Source: Paraspadella gotoi
Taxonomy: Eukaryota; Animalia; Chaetognatha
NCBI GenBank assembly: GCA_051294375.1
Contig: CM119269.1
Span: forward strand, 21,843,167 to 21,907,166
Length of the DNA: 64,000 bases
Direction of reading: 5' to 3'
The notes under the pieces are model-generated. The model had not been told where the DNA came from, did not search any database, and saw only the letters and a list, made by a program, of their open reading frames with translations. Made by a program: the position numbers and the translations under genes. Of the stretch, positions 1 through 13,210 are shown one piece after another (the stretch's first letter is position 1; each line of letters starts with the position of its first letter).

Positions 1-304
1 TGCTTGTATCACCACATCAGTTTGCTTTCCCTACTAACTCATTCCGTCTACTTATCTCTCGCCCCTTTGCCTTGCCAGAACCCTTCCCTGTTTGTTTCTC
101 CCTTCCCTCCTTGCTTGCCCTACCCCTCCTGCTTGCTTCCCCCTTCGTACTCCACACCCCTGCTTGTCCCACTCCGTACTCCCGGAGCCTCGAAGCCTGA
201 AGCCTCGAAGACCGATGACCTGAATCTGAGTCACATCTTTTATTCACGCATAATCCTACGCGGGGACAAAAAAGGAAGTAAAACCGCCATTTTCTGTGTG
301 GCGG

Positions 305-306
<2 letters not shown>

Positions 307-363
<57 letters not shown>

Positions 364-459
364 AGAGGAAGGGAGAACAATGGACAGGGAGTAAGAGATG
401 GGGGGGGGGCGCGACGGGCGTGTTCGGTATCGGCGGTGGATGGAATATTGAAAGATATT

Positions 460-542
<83 letters not shown>

Positions 543-545
543 CTT
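307..545. repeat. (GA)n tract (307-366) and (CT)n tract (461-545) in opposite orientation
   Basis: Read directly. Representative of dozens of GA/CT tracts in the window (e.g. 11197-11280, 27448-27548, 30470-30609, 49473-49540, 59890-59936). Confidence 0.95.
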
Positions 546-618
546 TGTGTCCGCGCTGAGAATATTATCTACGTGAGGCTTCGACGATTAAAAAAAAAAA
601 TTCTCGAACAAAGACCTA

Positions 619-643
619 NNNNNNNNNNNNNNNNNNNNNNNNN
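619..643. other. Assembly gap of exactly 25 N (also 10593-10617, 19946-19970, 28581-28605, 32551-32575, 53452-53476)
   Basis: Counted N runs: six gaps of identical 25-nt length, plus several larger variable-size gaps. Confidence 0.95.
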
Positions 644-1219
644 TTTCTAAATGTTATTCAATAAAGTTAAGTAACTATATTACATATTTTTATTTCATGT
701 GATTAATATCTAACCTATAAGATTGCACACAATGTTTAATATATTATCTCATCTTTAAACCCTATTTAAAAATTATTTAACAAGTTTAAAGTTCAGTTGA
801 ATTTGATTTTTTTAAATTGTTTATTTTTTTCACGTTAGGTTATTACATTAACCTACATCGTACGGATTATTTTGTTATTGATGTCAAAGTATATCCTTAT
901 TTATTTATTTATTTATTTGACGCATCAAAGTTTGGCTTGCAGTTTCTTTTGGCCTTGAATGGCTTACGAGGGATTTTTTCTTGTCCTGCGGTGACGAATA
1001 CGACAAAAGTCGACGCAAGGTCGATTCAGAGTGTTAAAGGCGAGGAATAGGAAGGCATGAGAGAGAGAGAGAGAGATGAGAGATGAGGAGAGGAGAGAGA
1101 GAGAAGAGAGAGAAGAGAGAGTAGAGAGAGAGTGAAAGAAAGAGAGAGAGAGAGAAAGAGAAGGAGAGAGAGACGAGAGAGAAGAAAAAAGAAAGAGAGA
1201 GTAGAGAGAGAGAGACGGA

Positions 1220-1250
<31 letters not shown>

Positions 1251-1949
1251 TGAGAGTGAGCATGGTCGAGAGAGAGAGAGAGTTGAAAGAGATAGAGTGA
1301 AGTTAAAGACAGAAGCAAATTATTAGAATTAAAGAGATTTACAAAAAGCCAGGAGCGAAATAGTAAATAGGAGCATAAATTTGAGCTCGAAGGAAAAATA
1401 CAAGATGTGCGAAATTTGTAAAAAGGAGAAAAAAAGGAATAATAGAGAGCCTAAGAAAAAAGTAAGGATGGAGCGCGGAAATACTTGCGGGATCGATTAT
1501 TAAAATAATAATGCGAGCAGAAAGAGAAAAAATAGTCGAGCGGAAAAAACGAAAGGTAAGCGATCAGAGAAAAATAAGATTTTTAGGAATGAGAGAAAAG
1601 TGAAAAGTAGTAATTTGAAAGGAGATTTAGCTTGCGGACCATCCAAGGCCAATTTTTCGCGCCGTTCTTTGGGTTGAGCTGGATTCATGGGGTTTCCACC
1701 TCCTGGGGGTTTTATATTTTGTGTTTCTCAAACGCTACTCGACTCTCTCTCTATCATTCTCTCTCTCTCATCGTTCGAGTTTTAAATTTTAATGATATTT
1801 TTCAATTAATTTTTATTTTTATGTTTCTTCTTCATTATTTTTATTTCCTATCTTCTTTCTCTTCTCTTCTTATTTCTTTCTTCCATCTCCCACGATTGCT
1901 CTTTCCTATCTCACCTGCCTAAAATTTCTACTTCCATTGATCTTATTTC

Positions 1950-2715
1950 CTATTTTCTTCTATCACCTACCTCATTTTCTATTTCCATCTCATCTCTTAT
2001 GTTTCCTATCCCTTCCTCAATTTCCTTATTTTCCTTTCCTCAATTTCCTCCTTCTCCTCAATTTCCTATTCCTTTCCTCCATTTCCTCCTTTCCTCCTTC
2101 TCAATTTTCCTATTTCCTTTCCTCCCATTTTCCTTCTTTCTCCCATCAATTTCCTTTCTCCATTTCCTCCTTCCTCCTCAATTCCATATTTCCTTTCCTC
2201 CATTCCTGTCTTTCTCCCCTCAATTTCCTTTCCTCCATTTCCTCCTTCCTCCTTCCAATTTGCCTATTTCCATTTCCATCCATTTCCTCCTTCCTCCTTT
2301 TTCAATTTCCTATTCCTTCTCCTCATTCCTTCTTCTCCCTCAATTTCTTTCCTCCATTTCCCCTTCCTCCTCAATTTCCTATTTCCTTTCTCCAATTTCC
2401 TTCTTCTCCCATCAATTCCTTTCCTCCATTTCCTTCCTTCCTCCTCAATTTCCTATTTCCTTTCCTCCATTTCCTTCTTCTTCCCCTCAATTTCCTTTCC
2501 TCCATTTCCTTCCTTCCTCCTTCAATTTCCTATTTCTTTCCTGCCATTTCCGTTCTTCTCCCATCAATTTCCTTTCCTCATTTCCTCCTTCCTCCTCAAT
2601 TTTCCTATTTCCTTTCCTCCATTTCCTTCTTTGTCTCCCCTCAATTTCCTTTCCTCCATTTCCTCCTACCTCATTTCTCAATTTCCTATTTCCTTTCCTC
2701 CATTTCCTCTCAATT
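1950..2715 (+). repeat. Pyrimidine-rich minisatellite (core TTCCTCCTCAATTTCCTATTTCCTTTCCTCCA)
   Basis: Many degenerate tandem copies; the inverted copy is at ~18870-19320. It generates the spurious 382-aa and 323-aa F/S/P-rich ORFs. Confidence 0.9.
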
Positions 2716-2787
2716 TCTTTCATTCATTCTCTTTCCTCTTTTCAGTTCCTTTCTTTTCTCCACTTTCCTATTCTCCAACATGAAAAC

Positions 2788-2822
<35 letters not shown>

Positions 2823-4354
2823 TTCTCTCTCTCTCTCACAGCCTCATCTCCCTTTATTCCGAGCCACCTCGAGTCTACCATTTCGAACCGAGACACACAA
2901 AAACCCAGTCACACCACCGCAAGCAATCGCACAACCACCAACAACACCACTATCCAAAGGAGTCTCTTAACCACCCTTTTCCACCCACAACCAATCGCAT
3001 AATAAACCCACCGACAACCTCAATCGACCCCCACGAATGTCTAAAACTACCCACCGGACCACTCCGTCTCAAACTCGGATCTTAATATGTCCCCTAGTCA
3101 AACTTGCAGTGCCCGTATATGTGTACAGAGGAAAAACAGAAAAATTAGTAGGAATCGACAGACTCCAATTCGACTTGGCAGTGGCCTCACTTTATATAAG
3201 AGAGAAATTTATCTAAAGAAGAGTGGGTGAGTAACATGACCCCCGAGAGCAGAGAAAGAGAGACGAGACGAGAGAGAGAGACGAGAGAGAGGAAGGAAGA
3301 GAGAGAGAGAGAGAGGGGAAAGAGTCGCCGAGAACACGATGATATTTGCAGTCGATGTGTGGATTCACCGATCTAAAACAGTTTCACATTTCGGGAGAAA
3401 AATGTTGTCAGGCAGGAACGTTTTACTTAATTGCACATAATTTTTTTAAAAATTTGGATTTTTTAAAATTAAAAAATGTGTATATTAAGATGTCATTAAT
3501 AATATATTACTTATAATTAAGTATTTAATTGCTTTTAGACCAGGTTACAGGATGTATAAAGGCCAGTTATTACTTTCACAAAAAAAATAATCTTAAAAAT
3601 GGTGAACCCTTACCAAAGTATTTTTGACTTTCACTTCTCTTCGCATTGGGTTTTTTACCCGAATTTCTCTACACCCTCCTGAATACGCCACATGGGACAT
3701 CCCTCAATGCACACCGCACACCCCCTCACACTGCAGTTACACAGTCTTCTTGAAGCCATAAAATAATCTGGCCTTTCCGATAAAGTAGTATACTCTGTTA
3801 TTTTACTTCTCCCCTTTTTTTAAGTCTCCCTCCAGGGCTCTAACCTCTTTTCCGCTCTCATTAACCAGGTTCTTATAAACAGTGAACTTCCCCTTTTCCC
3901 TTCGGGCACGAATATAGCCTTTCCTTCTTCCCACTTTCCCCGAAGTGAGAAGTTTTTCCTGTCTTTTCTGGGCGCGAATTTTCTGCGATTTTCATATCTG
4001 GCCACAGATGGCACTCCCGCTGAAATTGCCCGATTAGATAGTCATCCGCTGCAAAAAAAAAAAAGTAATATATATTAAACGTTTTTAAAAATCGTCTATA
4101 CCTGATTGATTTAAATAATTTGCCTAAAACTATGACGTGAATGGTTTAATATTTTAATAATATATTTTTATTCACGTTTTTTGCCAGATAAAATCAAGAA
4201 TAAGGTCTTTCTTTTTGCGGGATGATGTATAGTGAGTCAACATCAACCCGCTGGCAACTTAGTTTTTTTTCCGACATCATTACCGTAATGAACGATGTCG
4301 CGGGCCACAGCCCTTTTCTTATTGGTTGCGGTGGGCAAAAGACATTTCTAGAAT

Positions 4355-4440
4355 AGGACTGGTACCCCCTCTTCTTAGAAGTGGACGCCCGTCACCCCCC
4401 TCTTCTCAGAAGGGACCTGTCAACCCCCTCTTCTCTTCTC
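4355..4440 (+). repeat. 27-bp tandem repeat x3 (GGGACTGGTCACCCCCTCTTCTCAGAA)
   Basis: A cleaner inverted copy at ~17228-17308 shows three 27-bp units. Confidence 0.8.
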
Positions 4441-4754
4441 GGAACACTTGATAAATCCATGCAGAATGAAAGTCCGGAATCCAAAGTTATTTTTAAGAAC
4501 AACAAAAACTTTTAAACAAAATCGATGACGCGTTGGACAATTGGACATAGTTTATAATCGATCTGTTTACTTTATTGATTCAGAAATAGAGATCCCTTTT
4601 ATACGAAGAAACGACACAAATGTGCGGCGCGAACACCGAGGCCGCCCCGTCGGCATGGAGAGAAAATGCTCCCTCTTACGCCCAACGGCGAATCGAATAT
4701 TGCAGTACGATCGGGTCGATGATACGCATTTCGTTACAGAACCTTTCCATCGTG

Positions 4755-5010
4755 ATGTGGTGTGTGTTCCACAGATATCACCAGGTACCCGTCGTCACAG
4801 ATATCTGTGTTGTGTTGTGTGTTGCCACAGATATCGAGTGCTGTGACAACTGTGTTGTGTGTTGACGTCTTCGAGTGTCGAGTCGTCACAGATATCGTGT
4901 TGTGTTGTGTGTTGCCACAATGTATCCAGGTGTAATTCGCCGATGTCGTCCACAGATATCTGGTGTTGTGTTGTGCTGTTAGCCACAGATATCCAGGGGT
5001 GTTGCCTGTG
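4755..5010 (+). repeat. Minisatellite with CACAGATATC / TGTGTTGTGTTG motifs
   Basis: CACAGATATC recurs about 6 times with TGTGT-rich linkers. The equivalent position in the inverted arm is an N gap (16690-17010). Confidence 0.8.
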
Positions 5011-6959
5011 TTTCCACGTTTCATCGCTTATCGTCAACTTTATTCGCTTCAATTAATTCGCCGAATGATCTCCCCCTTTAGTTCCAATTATTATATTTAT
5101 AGTTAATAACGCCCATCATTTTTTTCCGGCGCTTTCGTCTCTCTTCTTTCTTTTTTTTCACCACGCGGCGCCATCTTCGGAGACGGCCGCCACATTCGGA
5201 TTTGTTTGGCCGTCCCGGCGCCCTTCCTGGCCTTACTAGCAACCGAATTCGTTTATCCCATGGCAACGGCCAAACGGGCAGCAAGGCCCGCCCGTTGGCT
5301 CCATTTGCCCCCGACTTGCCCCTTCACTGCACAGATAGAAGGCTCGATTCTCGGGTTCTCCTTGCGCACGTCGATTGAAACCTTAGGCACGACCACCCTT
5401 TTGCACCCCGCATTGGAGAGACATTCCTGACCTCCTTTTGCACCCGCTTGCCACGTTCCATCCCCTCCCGATCCCCTTTCGGCCCCTCGAAACCCCTTTA
5501 GGACTCCCCCTATTCAACCCCCCAATCCTACCCCCTTCTATCCCCTTCAAAGACCCCGTTCCCCCCTCCAGACCCCCCTTCTATCCTTTCCAGACCCTCT
5601 ACCGCCTTTCAGACCCCCCTTTACGCTATCTCCTACCCCCTTCGAACCCCCTCTAGACCCCCTTGCACCCCTGCCCCTCCTACCCACACTCTAGACCCCT
5701 TCCTCCCCCAGATTCCCCCCTCTATCAGCCCTAAGCGCCCCGTGCCAATATACCTTACACTCTTCCCATATTTTTTCTGTGGCGCCATCTCTTGGAAATC
5801 TAGTTTTTTTCTCTCTTTCTTACTTCTCTCTTCTTTCTTTCTTTCTTTTCTTTCTTCTTTCCTTTCTTTCTTTTTTCTTTTTTTCTTCCTCTTCAGCAGT
5901 AAATCTTTTTTTCTTTCTTTCTTTTCTCTTTTTTTTTCTTTCTTTCTTTCTTTGCTTTTTCCTACATTCTTTTTATCTTTCTTTCTCTTCCGTCTATCTT
6001 TCTTCCTTTCTTTGCTTATTTTCAATCTTCTTTTCTATCTTTCTTTCCCTTCTTTCTCTTTTCCTGTAGTTTCCCGCCCTTTTTTTCCTTAGTTTTTCCT
6101 TTTTTGATCTATTTCGCGATATTCAAAGATTCTTGGTGATATGAGAAAACCAGGAGTTTTGTTCCCTGATGCTTATCCGCGGGGTAAGGAACAGCAGCGG
6201 TAGAAGCTACGTAAGCAGCAGCAGCTGGAGCAGCCTCGACTTTAATTTACCTTCTATCTCAAAAGTTATTTTTGAATAGGAATCGCGAAAAATTATAAGC
6301 TTATTTAAAGATGATAAAATCCGATAGCTACTTTTTTATTAATTAATATAAATAATAATAATAATAATTAATAATAATTAATAATAATAATATATAATAA
6401 TAATAATAATAGTTATAATAATAATAATAGTTAGAATCTTTTCGATGTCTTAAGTGTAATTATTTGTAATTACGTAATACATGCCGGTATAAAATTTTAT
6501 TACTTATGGTATAGTTGTATTGTTTTTCGCCTCATTTAAAAAAAAATTGTTCAATTTTTTAGAATAACTGAGTTAACCATATATACTCTTAATTTTTTTT
6601 ATTTCTTAAATTTAAAAACCTTTTCAAGTTTACTTTTATTTTTAAAAATTTTATCTTTTTTTTTTTTTTAAACTTTTATCTTTTTTTCCCCCCAAATTAT
6701 CGATTTTTCTTTTCTTTTTCTTTCATTTTCATATCTCCTTCCGTTTTATCTTTCTTCTTCTTCTCCTTCCTTTTTATTTCTTCACATTTCTCCTTCCTAA
6801 TTCGAGATCTTCTTTCTTCCTTTCAATCTTATTTTTATTGGATCCGAGTATAAATAGATTTTTCCGTCTTTCTCTCTCATTTACCGACAAGGGATGTCCT
6901 TTTCTGTTTTTCTCTCTCCACCCCACTCTCTCTCCTTCTTCGTCTCTCTCTCTCCCCCC

Positions 6960-6990
<31 letters not shown>

Positions 6991-7825
6991 GTTGGGCCCT
7001 TTTTTTTCTCATCCATTTTCCATTAATCTCCTCCAACTCTCGACTTTCTCTTTTCCTCCAGATTTTTTCCTCCTTTTACATCGAGCTCACCGATTCGCCG
7101 ATTTACTCCCTCACACTCTCACACCCCTCACAACGGGTTTACCCCCCTGCCCTCTCAAACATTATTTCGCCCCTTTAACTGACTTTTTGCTGATTAATCC
7201 TTTAACCTTCTAATCATTACAATTCAAATTATGATTGACTCTTAATTTACCTCATTAATTTATTTACTATATAACTAATTAACTCCCCAATCATTACAAT
7301 CATTATTTTATCCCTTAACCGCCTTTTATGACCATTTCATAAGTTGACACTTTTTATTACCGTATACACTTCAATCATTAAACCATTAACTCACCCCTTA
7401 ATCGATCTGAAATCTCCTTTCAACCTCCTCACCTCTCCTCACCCCTTAACTCTTTTAATCCACAGATTCACTCACTCGATCCCCTTTCAGTTTCTCTGTG
7501 AATTGAAGTTCATCCAGTATTATCGCCTCACTCTTAAAACCATTTGATATGTCTAAAGTCGATTAATCACAATTAACTCTTATGTACAGTAGAATCCGTC
7601 CTAGAATTTCTGAGACGGCAAGCTCTATAACTCGAGTACACATTTGTAATTTTCAAGAGAGCTTTTGTCTTGATATCGAGTTACAACTATTGGCAACGGG
7701 AGGATAGCCTGTTGATACCGGGGCGCGGGTATCTCATCAACTGGCCGTAGGGGCTGCGGCCCTCAGTGACCGCCTCCTGTCACTGGATGTTTTATACCGG
7801 CACCGTCACATTTAAGCCAAAACCG

Positions 7826-7897
7826 GGATACCCAGGGATTGAACCCGGGACGCACGATGATGAGATGATTTAGTTGCTCACCATTGAGACGAGGCTG
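7826..7897 (-). mobile_element. tRNA-derived SINE head (degenerate)
   Basis: Minus strand carries a B box GGGTTCAATCCC (7835-7846) and a weak A box CGTCTCAATGG (7881-7891). No full cloverleaf. Confidence 0.45.
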
Positions 7898-8721
7898 AGG
7901 ACGGACAGCAGTGAGGCAGCTTTAGTCTTGCTGCCACAACACATAAGTAACTTCGGCAGTTTGACCTCTTCGTATGTTGAAATCCGGCGCGCTAAGCACT
8001 CGGCACCGCCAAATGATTTTCTAAAAAAGTTTGTTCAAATTAATTATATAAAGCTTAGTTCGCTTTTATTTTTTGGGGGGAAACAAAAAATTCATTAATG
8101 TTTGAAATTTTGGGAAAAGTCAGAGGCAGTTGCCTCGTTGTTAAGCTGTGACGTCGAACGTTTTCACTTTGCTTGTGTTTTATTAAGTGTTTACAATTTT
8201 CCGAAAAAAAAATAATTAAAACGTTTTCAACCTATTACTATACAACTTTTCTTTTGTGACTCACGATGAGGTCAATTCGTATACGGGCGAAACATCAGAC
8301 ACTTGCCGCTTGCCATTGAGAATAAGCGACAATCGCTCACAGACTATTTCGTGATATGTTTTAAAATCTCTTTTCCTTTAACAAAAGTAAGAAACCCCAC
8401 TATCTATTTTTCATTTCTAAACTATTACCGCAATCGGTATTAGTTTGTTATGATTCCTTTTAACTCAAATTTCCGCAATTGTGGCGGGATACAACTTCTC
8501 TGCAACCTTCTCTGGACGGATCATAGCTAATATCTTTTTTTTTAGTAAATTTCATTATATTAATATTTTTTACAATCAAAAACCAAAAAAGTAGGCTAAT
8601 GATTGAGAGAATAAAAGAATGAAATTGTTTTGAAAAAAGAATAATTTAGTTTTTGGTTGGCATTAAAAAAGAATAGGGAAAACTAAAATTTTTATTAAGG
8701 TTTTTTGAAGATCTTTTTTTG

Positions 8722-8800
8722 ATTCCGAGTGGCCGCATGGGTTAAAAACTAAGCTTCGACGCGGTATGGAATGTAGGGATTCGAATCCCACTCAAGGTAA
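8722..8800 (+). mobile_element. tRNA-derived SINE head / tRNA pseudogene
   Basis: A box TGGCCGCATGG at 8730-8740 and B-box-like GGATTCGAATCCC at 8777-8789. Acceptor and anticodon stems do not pair convincingly. Confidence 0.55.
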
Positions 8801-8939
8801 AACTTTTACATAAAACAGCTATGTCCCAAAAGTGGTCGAGAGCAATGGCTTACCGAAGGGGAGTAGCCATATGAGTACTCGATAACAAGACAAAAACTCG
8901 CTATTCGAATTATCATTTGTACTCGAGTTACAGAGCTTC

Positions 8940-10592
8940 GACTTTAGAATATCAATGGTTTTAAGAGTGAGGCGATAATACTGGATGAACTTCAATTCAC
9001 AGAGAAACTGAAAGGGGATCGAGTGAGTGAATCTGTGATTAAAAAGAGTTAAGGGGTGAGGAGAGGTGAGGAGGTTGAAAGGAGAGTTTCAGATCGATTA
9101 AGGGGTGAGTTAATGGTTAATGATTGAAAGTGTATACGGTAATAAAAGTGTCAACTTATGAAATGGTCATAAAAGGCGGTTAAGGGATAAAATAATGATT
9201 GTAATGATTGGGGAGTTAATTAGTTATATAGTAATAAATTAATAGGGTAAATTAAGAGGTCAATCATAATTTGAATTGTAATGATTAGAACGGTTAAAGG
9301 ATTAATCAGCAAAAAGTCAGTTAAAGGGGCGAAATAATGTTTGAGAGGGCAGGGGGGTAAACCCGTTGTGAGGGGTGTGAGGGAGTAAATCGGCGAGATC
9401 GGTGAGTTCGATGTAAAAAGGAAAAATCCTGGTAGAAAAGAGAAAGTCTGGAGTTGGGAGGAATTAATGGAAAATGGATGGAGAAAAGGGCCCAAGAGAG
9501 AGAGGGGATGAACGGGAGAGCAGAGGGGGAAGAGGAAGGGAAAGAAGAGGAGAGAGTGGCAGGGTGACGAGAGGAAAACAGAAAGGAACTATCCCTGTTG
9601 TCGGTAAATGGAGAGAAAGGACCGGAAAAATCTATTTATGACTCGGATCCAATAAATATAGATTGAAAGGGAGAAGAAGATTGAATTAGGAAGGAGAAAT
9701 GTGAAGAAAAATTAAAATAAGGGAAAGAGAGAAAAAGATGATTAAACCGGAGGAGAATATTGAAATGAAAAAGAAAAAGAAAAGAAAAATCCGATAATTT
9801 GGGAGGAAAGAAAAAGTTATAAAAAGTTTAGAAAAAAAAAGATAAATCTTTTTTAAAATAGAAAAAGTAAACTTGAAAGTTTTTTAGAAGGTTTAAGAAA
9901 ATAAAAAAACCTTAGGATGTATTATTGGGTTACCCATTCCCAGTATTTATATACTAGAAATAAATTGAACAAATTTTTTTTTTTAAATTGAAGGCGAAAA
10001 CAATTACAACTTACCATAAGTAATTCTATTACCGGCATGTATTACGTAATTACACAATAATTACATCCTTACGAGACATCGAAAAGATTCTAACTATTAT
10101 TATTTATTATAACTATTATATTATTATTATTATTATTATTATTATTACATTATTATTATTTATTTTATTATTATTATTATTTTTTATTATAAAAAGTAGC
10201 TATCGGATTTTATCATCTTAAATAAGCTTATATTTTTTCGCGATTCTATTCAAAAAAATAACTTTTGAGATAGAAGGTAATTTAAAAGTCGAGCTGGCTC
10301 CAGCTGCTGCTGCTTACGTTAGCTTCTACCGCTTGCTGTTCCTTACCCCCGGATAATGCATCAGGTGAACAAAACTCCTGGTTTTCTCATATCACCAAAG
10401 GAATCTTTGAATATCGCGAAATGATTCAAAGAAAAAGGAAAAACTAAGGAAAAAAAGGGCGGGAAACTACAGGAAAGAGAAAGAAAGGAAAGAAGATTAG
10501 AAGAAAGATTGAAATAAGCAAAGAAAGGTTAAGAAAGATAGACGGAGAGAAAGAAAGATAAAAAGAATGTAATCTCTCTCTTTTGTTTTTTT
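8940..10592 (-). repeat. Partial inverted copy (arm 2) of 5960-7560
   Basis: GACTTTAGAATATCAATGGTTTTAAGAGTGAGGCGATAATACTGG at 8940 is the reverse complement of ~7515-7560. The match continues through the (TAA)n tract to the 25-N gap. Confidence 0.92.
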
Positions 10593-10698
10593 NNNNNNNN
10601 NNNNNNNNNNNNNNNNNGTAGAATAGGAAGCGAGAGAGAAACACATAGAGGAGCACATACAAAGCAGCAGGACAAGAGAGGAGAGAGAGAGAGAGAGA

Positions 10699-10763
<65 letters not shown>

Positions 10764-10894
10764 AATGGCGCCCAACAATTTTGCAGGGAGGAGACAGAAA
10801 ATAAAACCATTTATCGTGGATGAAAAAAAATCCGCCCTAATGAGGATTGATAGAAGAACGAGAGAGGGAGGAAAAAGAGGGAGGAGAGAGAGTG

Positions 10895-10955
<61 letters not shown>

Positions 10956-11195
10956 GAAGGAATGAACAAAACGAAATTGAAATGTTAAAAGGTGTGAAAA
11001 TATCAAAAAAAGAAAAAAAAGAAAAGAAAAGAAAAGAAAAGAAAAGAAAAGAAAAGAAAAGAAAAAGAAAAAAAGAAAAGAAAAGAAAAGAAAGAAAAGA
11101 AAAGAAAAGAATCTTTTTTTTCTTTTAAAAGCGAAAGATCTCGGTTCGATGTTGAGGTTCGTTAAAGGATCACTCAATCGAGACGTATTTTGGGA

Positions 11196-11277
<82 letters not shown>

Positions 11278-12009
11278 AGGAGGAGGGGGGTTAACGAGCG
11301 TCGCCGGTCGAGAGCGAAGCTTTTAAAGAAATTCGATCCGATAAGATGGAGTTCAAGTTGATGGGGAAGAGGGAAGGCGACTGTTGATGGGGTAAGGTGA
11401 TGTATAAAGCCGTAGAGGGAGATCTGAGTGGAATTTTTTTTTCGCGCTTATTTTTAAAATGTATTTTTTCACATCTTATAGAAGAGGTACTTACAACCTA
11501 AATCGTGTTATTTATTCTACGAATCGTTTAAGGACGCCGCCTTAAACTAAATGTAATCTTAACATAACAAAGAGATAATAATCTAAAAATAGCAAATCAA
11601 GTCCGCTCACACAGTCTCCTTTTCCAATTTCCTCCAGCGAGAGGGCGTTTTTAATGCAAAAGGTAAAAAACTGTCTCCAGAACATTCCTGGGCTCAAGAC
11701 TTAAGAAGAAACAGAAAAAAAAAAAAAAAAAGAACAAAAAGATGAAACAGAGGGAAAACAAGAAGGGTAATCAAATGTGTTGCACCGATGTGACTGTGAC
11801 ATGACATGAGCGTAAAATGACATGAATATATGATAACAATAACTTTCTTAGCCCGTATATTTATGACATGCACCGCACGGAAATTCTGTCTTTTGTTCTT
11901 TATAGTTTTAGGATTTTCTGAAGATGGCGTTAGCAGTCCCTTAGATTTGAGTTTTTTTCTGTCTCAACAAATGAGCAACCAACTATAGGCAAATTATATA
12001 CATTTTTAA

Positions 12010-12132
12010 TGTAAGTGGGACAGACCGACGGACAGACATACCGACCAACCGACGGACCGATGGATCGACTGACCGACGGACCAAAAAGTGACTTATAGAG
12101 TTACTCGGCGAGTATCGCGGCGCAACTAGAAA
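12010..12132 (-). mobile_element. DINE-1/Helentron-like non-autonomous repeat end
   Basis: GTGGGACAGAC...(GACG/GACC)n tetranucleotide tract followed by AAAGTGACTTATAGAGT and a short hairpin. Same layout as 58465-58600 and 61830-62005. Confidence 0.5.
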
Positions 12133-12699
12133 ACAAGAAAAACTGTGAGTGAAAAAATCGATCACAAGTTCACAACCAGAAGGCGATGAAAAGCAGAGAG
12201 AAAGAAACTGGGATCCGTGAGTCAAGCCTTAAAGAAATTTAAAAAGAATAGGAAAAGGTTTCTGATGGCACTGTTTTCCTTATGTGTCCTATATCTGTTT
12301 ATATTTCCTAATTTTAATTTTACTCAAAATATTTAACTTTGTCATCTTGTCTAAATCCCTAATCTCCAAATATAATATTTAAATTTTAATCTAAATTCTT
12401 AGTTAAGCTGAAATCGCGCACTTTGGGAAACATGACAGTTTTTTTTTTTTTTTTAGAAAAAAAAAATTATTTGCGAATAAAGTTACTTAGATAGCGCTAT
12501 CTTTATGAAATTGGTACAACAATATAAAAATTATCCATTCATTTAATAAATAAGCCATCACTTTACAAGATAATATATGCATTTTATTCGAATACAAAAG
12601 GTGATTCAGTACAATCATCATCAACAAACAACATGACTAAGTCTGAGCAAACGAAAAACATAATAAAATAGAGAGAAAAAAAACAGTTAATTAAATAAA

Positions 12700-13210
12700 A
12701 TTAAATAATTAAAAACGTAAAAATTAAAAATTGTTCTTATGTCGTAAAAACGGAACAAAATTTCGGTTAGAGACAGTATCTTTCATGTAAGATCTTGAGA
12801 TAACGGTTTTCTTACAATTATTAAAATTGTAGATAGGTGTGGTATCCAAACATACCCTAAGTTCTCTCACACTTTCCCATCGATTATATCCAAAAATCTT
12901 TCGAACACCATCATTTACAGCCACATTAAGTCGTTCATATTACGTACGGAAAAGTTTTACTTCACAACCATAAAGGAGAACCGGACACAGTTAGTATATA
13001 CAATTTCATCAATAATTCCTCTGAAGGCTTTAAAAAGGCACTTATCAGACAGTTTACTTGATCGAAAAAAAAAGATACAAATTCTTTGCTTGGCTCAAAC
13101 AAGCTGTCTCTTTCACTACTAAGGTTGAACCCTAGATATGACCATGTATCAACTAGATCGATACAGTTACCATCAAGAAAAAGTATATCATTTGGAATTG
13201 TAGTTTGCCA
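12700..13210 (-). pseudogene. 3' remnant of non-LTR retrotransposon (LINE) ORF2, CR1/L2-group-like
   Basis: Minus-strand peptides 'LFLDGNCIDLVDTWSYLGFNL' (RT thumb VxxxxYLG motif) and 'AVNDGVRKIFGYNRWESVRELR' (typical post-RT C-terminal block). Frameshifted, and ends in an AT-rich tail. Confidence 0.7.

Larger units (their letters stand above)
644..7560 (+). repeat. Long inverted duplication, arm 1
   Basis: 644-1065 is the reverse complement of ~25815-26230 (e.g. GACGAATACGACAAAAGTCGACGCAAGGTCGATTCAGAG vs CTCTGAATCGACCTTGCGTCGACTTTTGTCGTATTCGTC). ~1290-7000 is the reverse complement of ~14740-19945. ~5960-7560 is the reverse complement of 8940-10590. Confidence 0.92.

Noticed and set aside
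1937-3085. 382-aa and 323-aa F/S/P/L-rich ORFs, and similar ER- or SL-repeat ORFs throughout
   Set aside because: These are translations of pyrimidine minisatellites and (GA)n/(CT)n tracts that lack stops by composition.
4755-5010. CRISPR-like recurring CACAGATATC motif
   Set aside because: The linkers are themselves repetitive (TGTGT), the repeat is too short, the context is eukaryotic and there are no cas genes.
8722-8800. Functional tRNA genes here and at 42981 and 56791
   Set aside because: A and B boxes are present but acceptor and anticodon stems do not form, so these are treated as SINE heads or pseudogenes.
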